This document shows positions 9,501 through 21,012 of a stretch of 55,807 nucleotides of DNA, in pieces; the first letter of the stretch is position 1; every line of letters begins with the position of its first letter. Source of the stretch: Chrysochromulina tobinii (taxonomy: Eukaryota); assembly GCA_001275005.1 (NCBI GenBank), contig JWZX01002641.1:1-55807 (forward strand). The letters run 5' to 3'. The position numbers and the translations under genes were made by a program. The notes under the pieces are model-generated. The model made no database searches, was not told where the DNA came from, and saw only the letters and a list, made by a program, of their open reading frames with translations.

Positions 9501-12500
9501 CTACATCTGGTCGCGCAGCAGCGCGCGGTAGTGCGCTGCAGAGGCCTGCGCCCCCTGCTTTCGATCCTTCTCGGCGCGCAGCTGCTGCTCGACGGCCTGT
9601 GCCTCCTTGAAGAGCGCCTGACGATCAGCCTGGGCCGCCGCCAGCCGCTCGGCCCACATCATCTTGGCGTTCCGTAGCGCATCCGCTTGCTGGTCGAGCG
9701 CGGCCGCCTCGAGCTTGCCCTGCTGCTCGGCCTCGCGCACGGCCCGCAACGTCTTCTCCTCCATGCGCTTGAGCTCGCGATACGTCTCCTTGAGCTCCTC
9801 GAGCGACGACTCGGCCACCTGCCCACAACGACGCGCCCATGACGACGCGTCCACGCGGAGGCACGATCAGAGAGGCACCCAGAGGATCAGAGGCGCTCGG
9901 CAAGGCGCCCAGAGGATCAAAGGCGCTCGGCAAGGCGCCCAGAGGATCAGAGGCGCTCGGCAAGGCGCCCAGAGGATCAGAGGCGCTCAGCAAGGCGCCC
10001 AGTGGATCAGAGGCGCTCAGCAAGGCGCCCAGAGGATCAGAGGCGCTCAGCAAGGCGCAGAATGCGCCAATGCTGGCGCCTTCTCGAGGGCGAGCTCCTT
10101 GGTAATCAAGGTTCATCAGGCCATCAAGGGTCATCAGGCGCCCGTACCTGCGCCTTTTCGAGGGCGAGCTCCTTGGCCTTCAGCTTGGCGGCCGTGACGG
10201 TCGCCCTATCAAGCTCCGCGGCCTGCAGCTGACTATCGAGGCGCTCCCACTCCGCCATCACCGCCTGCTCGTCCGCGATCGCCCCTTCGAGCCGCTCCTT
10301 CATCGCAAGCGCGGCCGCTTGCTCCTTCTCGACGCGCAGCTGCAGCTCCTCCATCTGCTGCTGCTTGCCCATCTTCGACTGCGCGAGCGACTGGTACTCT
10401 GTCATGCGCACGTCCGCTGCCTCCGCCTCGGCGACCGCCGCGGCGTCCTTGCCATCGCGTTGCGCCACGCGCCGCTCCTTAGCGTCAGTGGCCGCAAGGC
10501 GCGCCTTGAGCTCATCAAAGTCCATCGAGGCGAGCCCTTCCGAATCGAACGACTCATCATCATCGTCGTCGTCCTCCTCCTCCTCCTCGTCCGTTGGATC
10601 ATCGTCCTCATCCACAGCTGCCATCGAGGGAGATTGGCGCCCGTCTCGGCGCCCATCTCCTTGCCCGCCCCCCGCCTGAGCCTTAGTAACTAAAGACGCC
10701 TGGCCCGCCCCGCCGACCATCTGCTCACGATGTGCTCGTGCCTTTTCGAGCTTTTGACGTAACTTCTTGCGCCTCTGTACCATGTAGGTGCTTCGCTGGT
10801 CTTCGAGCTCGCGGAAGCCCGCCTCAAGCAACATCTCGATGTCGCGGAAGCCACGCCCTAAGAAGGCCTTGGACGATTGCACCTGCATGCAAAGCCATTC
10901 AGGGCGCCCATCAAAGGCAAACAGGCAGGCGATCAGGCAGGCGATCAGGCAGGCGATCAGGCAGGCGATCAGGCAGGCGATCGGCGTACCGCATGCAGCG
11001 CCTCTGCGCGTTCGGCGAGCTTTTCCTCAAGCCGGCGTCGCTGCTCCGCCTGCTTCTCCTCAAGCAGCGACGACTTCGCACGCGCGGTCACCACCAGAGA
11101 TTCCATCAAGATCATGCCTTCAATGGTCAGCCGCCCACCCTGGTATGCTCGAACGAGCTCGTCGAGCGCGAGCTCATTCTCGGGAGGTTCCATCTCAACG
11201 GAGCTCGACCTCGGAGTGCTGTACTGCGACTGCTTGCCATTGGCGGCGCTCAGTACGGCGTGCGGCTGCTGGCTCAGTACGGCGCGCCGTACAGGCTCAT
11301 CCTTGGGCTCAATGAGGTTACCCCTTTGGCGCTCGTGCTTGCGGTGCTTGAGTGCGAAGAGCGCGTCCACCTCGTCGATAGTGAGCCGGGTGCCGAGCCA
11401 AAGGTACCTGATGATGGAGGCCATCAGAGACCATCAAGAGACTGATGAGGGGAGCCATCAGAGACCATCAAGAGACAAGGCCATCGGAGACCCTCAAGAG
11501 ACAAGCAAGAGGCACTCAGAGGCGCTCACGATGCACTCCAAGGCAATCCTTGGTCATCTGAGATCGCATCTCCCTCCTCGTTCGCATCTCGCTCGCATCT
11601 CCCAAGGCACTCGGAGGTCCTTCGCGACGTACAGATTGTACGCGGCTCCGAGAAGCAGCGGCAGCGAGAGCAGCTTGAACGTGAGCGTCTGGAAGCGGCT
11701 CTCCCACGAGGACTCATCAAGGTGCGTCGGCTGGAACATGTACGGCAGGGGGAAGGAGACGGTCGCCGAGCAAAGGAAGATGAAGAAGGTGGCGAAGACG
11801 CTCACGGCCGCTAGGTAGAGCCTAATTAGGTACACCGTGCACACCTCCCGTGACTCGACCTGGGCGGAGAGCAGCAGCCGCAGCTTGACGAGGCCGCGTA
11901 GCGCCAGGAGCAGCGGCGACTCGCGGCCCGTTCGAGGCTTGCGTTTCAACGGCTGGCGGTACCAGACTGTGAAGGACCGAGTGAGCGCCCACTGGCACAC
12001 GATGCCGGGCAGCAGGGCGGCGATGAGGTACCGTCGGCGGGAGAAGACGTCGTGTACGTGCGACGAGTCGAAGGCCGAGTACCCATACGTGCCCTGCATC
12101 AGCGCAAGGTAGACCGTGATCGTGACGAAGTAGTAGATGAGTACGATGGCGACCGCCCAGCACAGGGCGATGACGTCGGGCACTTTCCAGTACGAGGCTG
12201 TACTCTCATGTGCGTATCTCCGGTACGTGAAGATGTAGACCGGGTCCGCTAGGGTCATCGCGATCAGCACGTAGCTCTGCACCGAGACGAGCAGTAGCAG
12301 CAGCACGAGCAACGATCACAAGGTTGCGGGAGCCGTAACGCAGCGCGAGTGCCTCCTTTGCTTTGTCCAGCACCTGCTCCACCTGCTCCAGCTGAGTGAA
12401 CCACGTGATCGTCGCCCAGAGATCATAGTCCATCGTGCCCGTGGGCGCGCCCGCGGCGATGGCGGCCAGCGCATTCATCTCGATCGACTCGAGGGAAGGG

Positions 12501-15162
12501 AGCTCGAGGGCTTCTCCCTCGAGCGCCTCGACGGTGAGCAGAGCTCGTACGTAGTGGTATCGCTGGTAGAGGAGATCGCGCGCGTGATCCTTCCAATACA
12601 GCCGTGGCGCGTTCTCGAACATCTGGGCGATGGGATAGCCTTCCGAATGGCGCGGCATCGGCACGCCCGCGAGGAGGCTCAATGTGGCGGCCAGGTCAAT
12701 CATACGCACGTCCGATCGTATTGGAGCGGGTGGGGACGGGGCGGCCGCGCCCACCGAGGACGTGGCCGTGGGGCTCACGGCTGGGACGCTCGTCAGCGGT
12801 CGCCCCGTCAGCCGCGCGAGGATGTGCGCGATCTCCTCAATCTCGAGCCGCGTGGCCGAGTGCTGGACGGAGCGACGGTAGCTGAAGAGAGGGAGCTCCG
12901 TCACGACGCGCGAGGTGCCGCCCGTACCGCCGCTCGCCTCATGCCCGTGGTCGGCGGCGACGAGGAGTACCGTGTGGGGTGGGAGATCTCCCATGAGCTC
13001 GGTGATGAATCGTGTCACGTCACGCACGGACTCCTCGTACGCATTCTCGGCGCCGTTTTGGTTGGCAGTCCCGAGGCGGTGCCCGACGGAATCGGGATTG
13101 GTGAGGTGGCCCACCAGCAGATTGTACATCGAGGCATAGGATGCCGTCGGGTGCCTGGGGGGGCAGTCGCTGGTCGGGATGCACCCGCTCCAGCGCGCGC
13201 AGCCGCATCGATTGGCGCCAATGGCCCGAAGCATCGCCCTTCGCCGTTTCAAATCCTCTTCCGCCGTGCTGCCTGTGCGGGTGGTCTCGTACTCGCCGTC
13301 CGCCGACGACGAGACGCGCCCATCGCCATAGAAGACCGGTAGCTGGGGCTTCACCGGCCCCACGTACCTGGGACGATTGCATGCCACTCGAGGCGCAATC
13401 AGAGGCGCAATCAGAGGCGCAATCAGAGGCGCAATCAGCGGCGCAATCAGCGGCGCAATCAGAGGCCATCAGAGGCCATCCGAGAGGGGCGCCATCAGAG
13501 GCATCAGAGGCCATCCAGGGAAATCGGAGCTTGACGCCATCCGAGGCGCCATCCGAGGCGATCAGGGGCGCCGTCAGACCATCCGAGGCGGTCGGAGCTT
13601 GACGCACCACGGGGCCGCTGAGATCCCACTGTGCGCGCCTTGCACGCTCGCCTGTCCGAAGACCGAATCGAAGGGGAACGTGCCGCCCACTGGCACGTTG
13701 CCTAGCACCCCGTGCACCGAGGGGGGCATGCCAGTGAGCGAGGCGATCCAATTCGGGACACTCGTGGACGGCGTGACGGAATGCAGCCGGAAGGTGTCGC
13801 AGCGTGTGGTGACATCGAGCGCGCCAGAGCGGGTTGACGTTGCGGTCAAAGGCGGGTGCCAAGACGCGCTGCCCCACGTCCGCCGTCACCCCCGAGACGA
13901 TGAGCAGCACCGTCGTCACCGGGGCGTTGTTGCCCCCACCGGGGCGCTCGGTCGGCCGCCTCCACGGAGAGCGCGTCGCGGTCTCGTTGGCGGAGGCGGC
14001 GGCGAGCGTGCTGGCGGTGTTCGAGTCGATCATCGGCTCCTGCGACGAGAAGCGCACTTGAAGTCGACGAAGCATTACGCAGGCAATCATGTAGGCATAT
14101 CAGCTCAATTATGCAGGCATATCAGCCCAGGGCATATCATCCCACCTGCGACGAGAAGAGCACGTTGAAGTCGACGAAGCACGCGACCGCCGTAACGATG
14201 AAGATGAAGAGTGTGAGTGGCAGCGCCGAGTTGCGCGCAAGTCCCGCGCCCTCTGATTTGGACTGCCCGAGACGTCGCGGCGCGAGGAAGACAGTGAGCG
14301 TCTCGAGAAGGCCGACCGTGAGCGGTCGCTGCTCGCTGGGCGATTGAAAGTCGCCCAGGCTGTGCCCGTCCACGCCGTCGAGCGACAGGAGCGTCCGAAG
14401 CATCTCGGGCAGCTGCTTCGTATCGGTGAGCTGGGTGGCCAGCCGCATGAGAAAGGTCAGTCGGAGGACGAGTATGAACTCGACGACGCGAACGACCATC
14501 AGGAGGCCGACGAGCGGCACGCGCAGTCCGCTAGGGTACACGAGCTTGCCCACATCGAGCACGAGCGAGATCACCTTGTACTCGGGCAGCAGCCGGAACT
14601 GCTTCGACGCAATCGCTGCGAAGCGTGGCTTGTCGCCATACCAGGCATTAATGACGTAGAGCGAGTAGAGGCCGAGGAACAATGTGAAGCACATGGCGGT
14701 GATCTGGGCGGCGCGCGCGATGGCGCGCATGTTCTGCCCAAAGTCGATCGCTTGCTGTGGCAGCGGGTCAGAGCCGAGCACGTAAAGGAGGGCCGCGTCG
14801 ATCAGCGGGCCGAACAAGAAGATAATTCGCGTGATGCGCGCGGTCATACTCTTGCGCGCGTCGTTCTCTTCGGCGTACGCCTGCGCCTCGTTGCGTGCGA
14901 GATTCATTTCGTGCTGGGTATGCTTGGCGGTGATCTGGCTCTTCGCGTCAACGCCGCCAAGCGAACATGAGGACGACATTCGGCCGACAAGCGGCGACGA
15001 CGGCGCCTTGCCGCTGCGGGCCGCCACCGACTTGCGGCCTTCGGGCGAGTTGTTGGCCGAGTTGAGCGGTGTGCGCTCCTGGTGCAGGCCATGTTCGTCC
15101 TCGTCGTCCTCGGGTCCGAAGACCGAGACGGGCCTGGCGCCGGCGGCATTGAGGACGGACAT
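9501..15162 (-). CDS. Multi-exon membrane protein with alkaline-phosphatase-superfamily (GPI ethanolamine-phosphate transferase-like) domain and C-terminal coiled coil
   Basis: Motifs PSTSVPNWIASLTG, HLTNPDSVGH, VAADHG, MIDLAATLSLLAGVPMPRHSEG, with TM helices on both sides. Phase-consistent GT-AG introns 14040-14145, 13368-13607, 11408-11632, 10883-10989, 9819-10147. Needs two frame changes (~13810, ~12313). Confidence 0.65.
9868..10060. repeat. 30-bp intronic minisatellite (~6 copies)
   Basis: caaggcgcccagaggatcagaggcgctc(g/a)g tandem inside intron 9819-10147. Confidence 0.92.
10922..10985. repeat. 12-bp intronic tandem repeat (caggcaggcgat x5)
   Basis: Direct reading; inside intron 10883-10989. 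Confidence 0.9.
13390..13590. repeat. Intronic 12-bp and degenerate tandem repeat (gaggcgcaatca / gaggccatca)
   Basis: Direct reading; inside intron 13368-13607. Confidence 0.88.
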
Positions 15163-15259
15163 GGGCGTTTGGAGCTGACCAATTTAGCAATGAAACGCGG
15201 AGTAAAAAATTATATATTCAACAGTGGATCTTCCACGGCGGTGTTGTCTTCAAGCCCGC

Positions 15260-16132
15260 TTATAGCGGCTTGAAGGCGATAATGGGTCCGAACGCGTCAA
15301 TCTTGAGCGAGGCGCCGCCCACGAGCGCGCCGTCGATGTCGGGGCACGCCATGAGCTTGTCCACGTTGCCCGCGTTGACGCTGCCTCCGTATTGGATGAT
15401 CACGGCGTCGGCCACTTTTTGGGAGTAGTTCTCGACGAACCACGAGCGAATGTAGGCGTGAGTCTCCTGCGCGATCTCGGGCGTAGCGGTCAGGCCGGTG
15501 CCGATGGCCCAGACGGGCTCATACGCGATGACGATCTGCGTCATCATCTCAGCGGACACGCCTTTGAGCCCCGCCGTCAGCTGCTTGTCACACACGTTGA
15601 AGGTCTCGCCCGACTCCCGCTCCTCCTTGAGCTCACCCACGCACAGGATGCACGTGAGGCCCTCCGCGATGATCTTGAGCACCTTCTTGTTGATGTCCGC
15701 GTCGCTGTCGCCAAAGACTGCGCGGCGCTCCGAATGTCCCGCCAGGACGTACTTGGAGCCCACACTCTTCAGCATGCCCGTCGACACAGCAGCAGTGTAC
15801 GCGCCAGCAGTCTCCCAGAAGGCATCCTGCGCGCCGAGGCCCACCTTCGAGCCCTTGAGGGCCTCGGCGACGGGCACGAGGTACGGATACGGCACGCACA
15901 CGGCAACATCTACCTTTGGCGACTTGGCTGCAGCTGCGGCGACGTCCTTGGCCAGCGCGATCGCCTCAGGAAGGAGCAAATTCATCTTCCAATTGCCAGC
16001 CATGAGCGGCGTGCGCTCGGCCATCGAGAGCGCAGACGAGCGCATGCTCACGGAGGCACGGCCCGCGGACACGCCAGGCGCGTACGCTGACGAGCCACCT
16101 AGCAGAAGCGCAGAGATGACAACGTACAGCAT
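15260..16132 (-). CDS. TPI: Triosephosphate isomerase, likely plastid-targeted
   Basis: AGNWKMN, GHSERR, AYEPVWAIGTG, YGGSV, LVGGASL; signal peptide (MLYVVISALLLGGSSA-Y) plus Ser/Arg-rich transit peptide. Confidence 0.97.
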   Translation of the reverse strand: MLYVVISALLLGGSSAYAPGVSAGRASVSMRSSALSMAERTPLMAGNWKMNLLLPEAIALAKDVAAAAAKSPKVDVAVCVPYPYLVPVAEALKGSKVGLGAQDAFWETAGAYTAAVSTGMLKSVGSKYVLAGHSERRAVFGDSDADINKKVLKIIAEGLTCILCVGELKEERESGETFNVCDKQLTAGLKGVSAEMMTQIVIAYEPVWAIGTGLTATPEIAQETHAYIRSWFVENYSQKVADAVIIQYGGSVNAGNVDKLMACPDIDGALVGGASLKIDAFGPIIAFKPL

Positions 16133-16483
16133 CTGCGCGATCGGTGCTAAAGCCGAACGAGGAGCTCGCCGAAAATACGTGATTGCGTTCATGTTAACGT
16201 TCACAGAAACAACGTTTGTTCACATTCTTCGGAATGTTGGTCACCGTGTCACGTTCTCTCGAAGACACCGTGTCACTCTCAGACTTTCAATAGTGTCTCT
16301 CTCTGGTCTCCGCTCATACATGTAAGGTGTGCTGTCCTTATCGCGGCTGCGCGTCCCCGCCGCTCGTACCGTCAGCCCTCTGGCACCTCGTGCGGCGCCA
16401 ACGCGCGACCGCCGCACCGCCGTCCCCGCGCTGCCCAAGTAGCGCCAGTGTCGCCTCTCTCGTCGCTGTGGCTACGCAGCCTC

Positions 16484-16545
16484 CGCGGCTCTCACCTTGG
16501 GCAAGCCTTTCTCTCTCGCGGCTCTCACCTTGGGCAAGCCATTCT
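16484..16545. repeat. Short direct repeat in the cyclin 3' region
   Basis: cgcggctctcaccttgggcaagcc occurs twice, separated by a CT run. Confidence 0.8.
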
Positions 16546-16582
16546 CTCTCTCTCGCGCGCGCGCCGTCCGAGCGAGCCGCGC

Positions 16583-17545
16583 TCAAGCGGACGCGACGGT
16601 CGCAAGCATGCGCGTGCGCGCCGCGTCGATCATCGACGCCGTCACGAGCAACTCGAAGTTGAGGAGCCGCATGAGCTCGACCTCGAGCTCGTTGAGATGC
16701 GGCAGCGAGACGCCGCCGACCGAGGCCCAGTAGTTGTTGTTGTAGCACTCGTCGTCGAGCAGCTTGGCGGAGACGAGCGTGGTGGCGAGGAGCACGCGGT
16801 GCACGTTGCGCGTGCACAGGTGGAACCCCTTCGGCGCCTCGCGCTGCAACAGACGGTCGATGAGCAGGAATGCATGCAGCACGACCGCCTCCGATAAATG
16901 CTCCTTGCGAGCGAGCCCAAGCCGGAGCAGATGGTGCACGAGGTAGTCGCCGCCGCTGATCGAGGGCACCGACACGCTGTGGAAGATGGGTGCGAACACC
17001 TGGTCGGGCGACAGCTGGCTGCCTAGCTGGCACTCGCCCACCACGCGATCGAGAAGCCGGCATGCGGCACGCACGACCTCGGCCTGGGCGGCGGCGGGCG
17101 ATTCGGGTGTGGCATGGCGCGGCTTCTGCACGGGCGCCGGCACGTCTGCAGACGAGGTCGCGGACGAGGAGAGCGATCCTGCGGACGACGTCGAACACGC
17201 GGAGCATGTGGCCGCTGCCTGCGGCTCGCTCGCCATCGGGCTGCTCTCGGCAGCCCGTTTGCTGCTGCTGAACTCGATGGGGAGCGAGCGCGCGAGCGTG
17301 TTCTTGCCCTCGGGCGTGGTCCATGCATGCGTTCGGTCCGTGCCTTCGCCCGTGCGCGGCGGCCCAGACAGGTGCAGCGCCGCCGCCCATGCCGGAGATG
17401 ATGGCCAACGCGTGGCATCAAATGAGCGGCTGGTACTGGCGGCTGCCGGAGCGCAGCAGTCGCCCGCGCAGAAGCTCTGCCCGCGGCGGTGACGGAACGG
17501 GCCCAGGGGCACGCGCGCCTGGATCTGAGGGGCTACAGTGCTCAT
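16583..17545 (-). CDS. PHO80-like (P/U-type) cyclin
   Basis: IFHSVSVPSIS..DYL, LLIDRL, NVHRVLLATTLVSAKLLDDECYNNNYWASVGGVSLPHLNELEVELMRLLNFEL. Confidence 0.92.
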   Translation of the reverse strand: MSTVAPQIQARVPLGPFRHRRGQSFCAGDCCAPAAASTSRSFDATRWPSSPAWAAALHLSGPPRTGEGTDRTHAWTTPEGKNTLARSLPIEFSSSKRAAESSPMASEPQAAATCSACSTSSAGSLSSSATSSADVPAPVQKPRHATPESPAAAQAEVVRAACRLLDRVVGECQLGSQLSPDQVFAPIFHSVSVPSISGGDYLVHHLLRLGLARKEHLSEAVVLHAFLLIDRLLQREAPKGFHLCTRNVHRVLLATTLVSAKLLDDECYNNNYWASVGGVSLPHLNELEVELMRLLNFELLVTASMIDAARTRMLATVASA

Positions 17546-18204
17546 GATGGTCACGTTCACCCGCTCCCACCGCAGTCAATACGCCGACCGCGGCGCGGCA
17601 AAAAATGAATCTTTCGCGCCTTTTGGTCCACGTGGATGCGCTCGCCTTTTCGTGAAAACTGTTCTGAGGGTCGGGGGAGATGGCCCATCAGACTTCTGAG
17701 CCCGCGAAGGCCATGAAGCCGGCTCGCCGCGGATCAACGGAGGTTCGACGCAATCACACGCGACGAACTCCGTGTCGACGCACGAGGCACGACGGCAAAG
17801 GCCATTCAAAGGGCAATGTGAATCGCGATGTCTGACGTAACTCGTAAGGTCAAGGTGAACCGAAAGGTGTACGGTCGACGTCTAGATCGTAGTAAAATGG
17901 AAGTGCCGGTAGAGTGGGTACCCTCAACCCTTGGAGCATGTCGGGTGATTCCGAGCCCGCGCCCTTCGGTCACATCATGCCAACATCCAAGTCTTGCATG
18001 CCAGAGGCATGAGCATCGCGGGCGTCGCCGAGCTGGACGCGTCCCCCTATGCGCTAAGAGCTGGCACCGAGCCTATACATGCGAGCCTACAGACGCATGC
18101 CCCCTACATGCCCCCCTCTCGTCGCGCCTCTCGGACACGAGCCATAGTAGAACAGGCAAAGCCTTGTAGCCTAACTCATCGCCCGTCCACCCTAACACAC
18201 CCGC

Positions 18205-19038
18205 TCAACCATGTTGAATGGAACGGTTCCAGATCCCGCTGGCGATTTCGTCTGGAATGAGGATCCCGGAACGTTGCGAGATGCGCATCAGAGCCAGCGC
18301 AAAGGCTAGTGCGGCACCTGGCCACTTGCGTATGCTGATGCTCAGCAGTTCGATGGAGTCCCGGGGGTATGAGAGCATGATGAAAGGCCGAACCCGATCG
18401 GGCAGCGCAGGAATCGGCAACGGCCTCGCCTCGTCCCCTTGCCATGCCATGCGCAGCTCCCGGGCATCGATGGCGACCTCAAGCACTCGGCCAGCAATGT
18501 CGAAGCGGCGTGCAGCACAATAGCCCTCCTGCATAGTTTGATTCCCTCCCCCTTGAGCGGAAGTCCCTCCCCCCACAACCACTGGAAGTCGTAAGGCCCT
18601 GCCAGAGTGTAGCTCCAAGCAAATCCCAATCCCGTGCAAGCTGTCATAGGCGACGCCAGCGTACATCATATATCCACTGTTCGTCGGAGCGATGGATTTG
18701 CAATACCCATTTGACTGGAGGATGCGGATGCGGATGAGAGTGCTGCCAGACGTCGGTACTTCAGGGCCACACGCAAAAACTTGTCCTGCGCTTGCGGCTG
18801 AACGCGAAGCCACACGCTTCTCCCGTGACCACTCAATGCCACCGTGGCGCATCTGCCACATTGCGGCGTTGGTGACTGCAACCGTTGAGTGTGGTGCGCT
18901 ATCAAAGGGTTTGCATCGGGGTGTAATCGACAAAGTGTCAGGGTAGTATCCCACGCCCGCTTGGCTGGCTTCGAATACAAAGCCCGCCTTCGGCCCTGTG
19001 AAAGAGGATGATGGAATGAACAGGTCTGGCGCTGACAT
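18205..19038 (-). CDS. Hypothetical protein with short FxGxxxGFVF..GxGYY motif and possible SPRY-like beta domain
   Basis: N-terminal FIPSSSFTGPKAGFVFEASQAGVGYYPD, then a beta-rich region (IRIRIL, MYAGVA, LEVAID, VRPFIML); lower GC than neighbours. Confidence 0.5.
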   Translation of the reverse strand: MSAPDLFIPSSSFTGPKAGFVFEASQAGVGYYPDTLSITPRCKPFDSAPHSTVAVTNAAMWQMRHGGIEWSREKRVASRSAASAGQVFACGPEVPTSGSTLIRIRILQSNGYCKSIAPTNSGYMMYAGVAYDSLHGIGICLELHSGRALRLPVVVGGGTSAQGGGNQTMQEGYCAARRFDIAGRVLEVAIDARELRMAWQGDEARPLPIPALPDRVRPFIMLSYPRDSIELLSISIRKWPGAALAFALALMRISQRSGILIPDEIASGIWNRSIQHG

Positions 19039-19306
19039 GTGGCCCGAAGCTGCAGCACGCAGTCCGTTCGTATCGCGCGGACGGACGGGTATGGTAGGGC
19101 ACCCAGGGCTCGTTCCGGAGGCTAGCTCGAGCCCGGGGTGCGTCAAGTCTCGTCAACTTGACTCGACTACACATGCCGCGCCACCGGAAGCTCCCCAGCC
19201 CAGTGCGTTTACGGTCTGCGTTCAAGAGCTTTTGTCAGAAACATGTTCGTGACCACAAAAGTATTCACAGCCAATTGTGCGCGGAGCTCGATCTCGTTCG
19301 GGGAAA

Positions 19307-20083
19307 ATGAGGTCCGTCTTTTGCGGTAAGCTTCTGCTCATCGCGACCTGCGCTACTGCGCTGCGCGTACCTGCCCATACTACACACGCACGGATCGCAA
19401 CACGGCCACAGCTTCCGGCAGCCGCCGCCGCCGCACTCGCATCCACGGCCTTGGCAATCGCTCCAACGCTGCCGGCCTTTGCCGAGCCGGGGGACATCTG
19501 GGATCGGCTGGCCAACGAGCCGCCGATATCTTTCAATCCCTTCACCATCAACCCGGCGGGCTACGCATTCTTCGGGCTCTACGCCGCCTACTTCTTATGG
19601 CAGGTCTTTGGACCCACGAGCGCTGCAGAGCAGGCATGGGGTGAGAAGATGAAGGCCGAGGCGGCGGTCGCAGCTGCAGCCGAGCCGGGCTTCCTCGTGC
19701 AGGCGGCGAACGAAGAGGGCGCACGAGTGATGCCTTCGGGCCTCGTCTTCAAGGAGCTCGCCGCCGGCTCGGGCGAGTGCCCCACGCTCGAGCAGATGGT
19801 GACGGTGCACTATCACGGCACGCTGCATACGGGCGAGGTCTTCGACTCGAGCCGCGATCGCGGCCAGCCAGCCGAGTTCAAGCTCGGCCAGGTGGTCAAG
19901 GGCTGGCGCGAGGGCGTCGGCATGATGCGGCCCGGCGGCAAGGCGGTGCTCACGCTGCCCTCCGCTCTCGCGTACGGCGCGATGTCGATGGGCAAGATCC
20001 CTGGCAGCAGTGCTCTCCGCTTCGAGGTCGAGCTGATCGCAGTCAAAGACGCGCCTAAGGGGTTCTTCGGCCTCGGCGTGTGA
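19307..20083 (+). CDS. FKBP-type peptidyl-prolyl isomerase, likely plastid/thylakoid-targeted
   Basis: PSGLVF, VTVHYHGTL..GEVFDSS, QVVKGWREGV..M..GGKA.L.LP..LAYG, LRFEVELI; signal peptide, AFA-type cleavage segment and one TM helix. Confidence 0.93.
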   Translation: MRSVFCGKLLLIATCATALRVPAHTTHARIATRPQLPAAAAAALASTALAIAPTLPAFAEPGDIWDRLANEPPISFNPFTINPAGYAFFGLYAAYFLWQVFGPTSAAEQAWGEKMKAEAAVAAAAEPGFLVQAANEEGARVMPSGLVFKELAAGSGECPTLEQMVTVHYHGTLHTGEVFDSSRDRGQPAEFKLGQVVKGWREGVGMMRPGGKAVLTLPSALAYGAMSMGKIPGSSALRFEVELIAVKDAPKGFFGLGV

Positions 20084-20354
20084 TCCAGAGCGTCGCGATG
20101 AGTGAAGCGATGTGGAGCACGATGCCACGATCCAGATAGGAGCTGGTCAAAAGGTCACGGTGGGTTTTCTGTCGTCGCGACCGCGGACCGGTGAGGTTGA
20201 ACTCTGACGAAACGACTTAAAGTTGAGCGGGTGGAGAGCGCGCCAGGGTTTGAGTCCATGATACCTGAGATTCCATGAGATTCCGATCCATTCGGATTGT
20301 GTGAATTGGAAGTTCCTCCGAGTTCGCGCGCTCCCGCCTAGACCACTGACGACG

Positions 20355-20981
20355 ATGTCCGACAGCGACATTGAGATGGACGCGGCGCCCGCACCGCGCC
20401 AGCAGCTCAGTCGTCTCGCCAAGAAGACGGAGGCCCCGCAGCGCAAGGCTGGTAAGTCCAAGAAGGCTGCCAGCGACGATGATGACAGTGACAGCTTCGT
20501 CGTCGAAGACTCGGATGACAGTGACGCCGAGGTCGACTCGGAGCAGGACGAGGACAACTCCGAGGAGGAGGAGGAGGCGTCCGAGGAGGACGAGGCACCA
20601 AAGCGCAAGGCACTCGCCATGTCCAAGGCGCCGGCGCGCAAGCCTGCTCCGGCCAAGCCAGCTGCTGCTCCGGCGGCGAAGAAGGGCAGTGCCGCGTCAG
20701 CCAAGGGTGCACCGGCCAAGACGGCCGTCGCCGCGCCGGCGGCCAAGAAGCCCAAGGGCCCCGTGCCCGTGGGTGCGAACGCGGGTTCAGGCCCGACGCG
20801 CAACAACGTCCTTCTCGACTTCGCCTTCGTGCCGCCACCGCCCGCGGCAAGCGACGGCGCAGCCACGGGCGCTGAACCACCCAAGACGGCGCCGATGCGC
20901 ACGCCCGACGTCGAGATGCCGCTGGCGAAGCCAATGCCTGCGCCGGCCGAGGACGAACCCGACGAGGCCGAGGCTGCGAAG

Positions 20982-21012
<31 letters not shown>

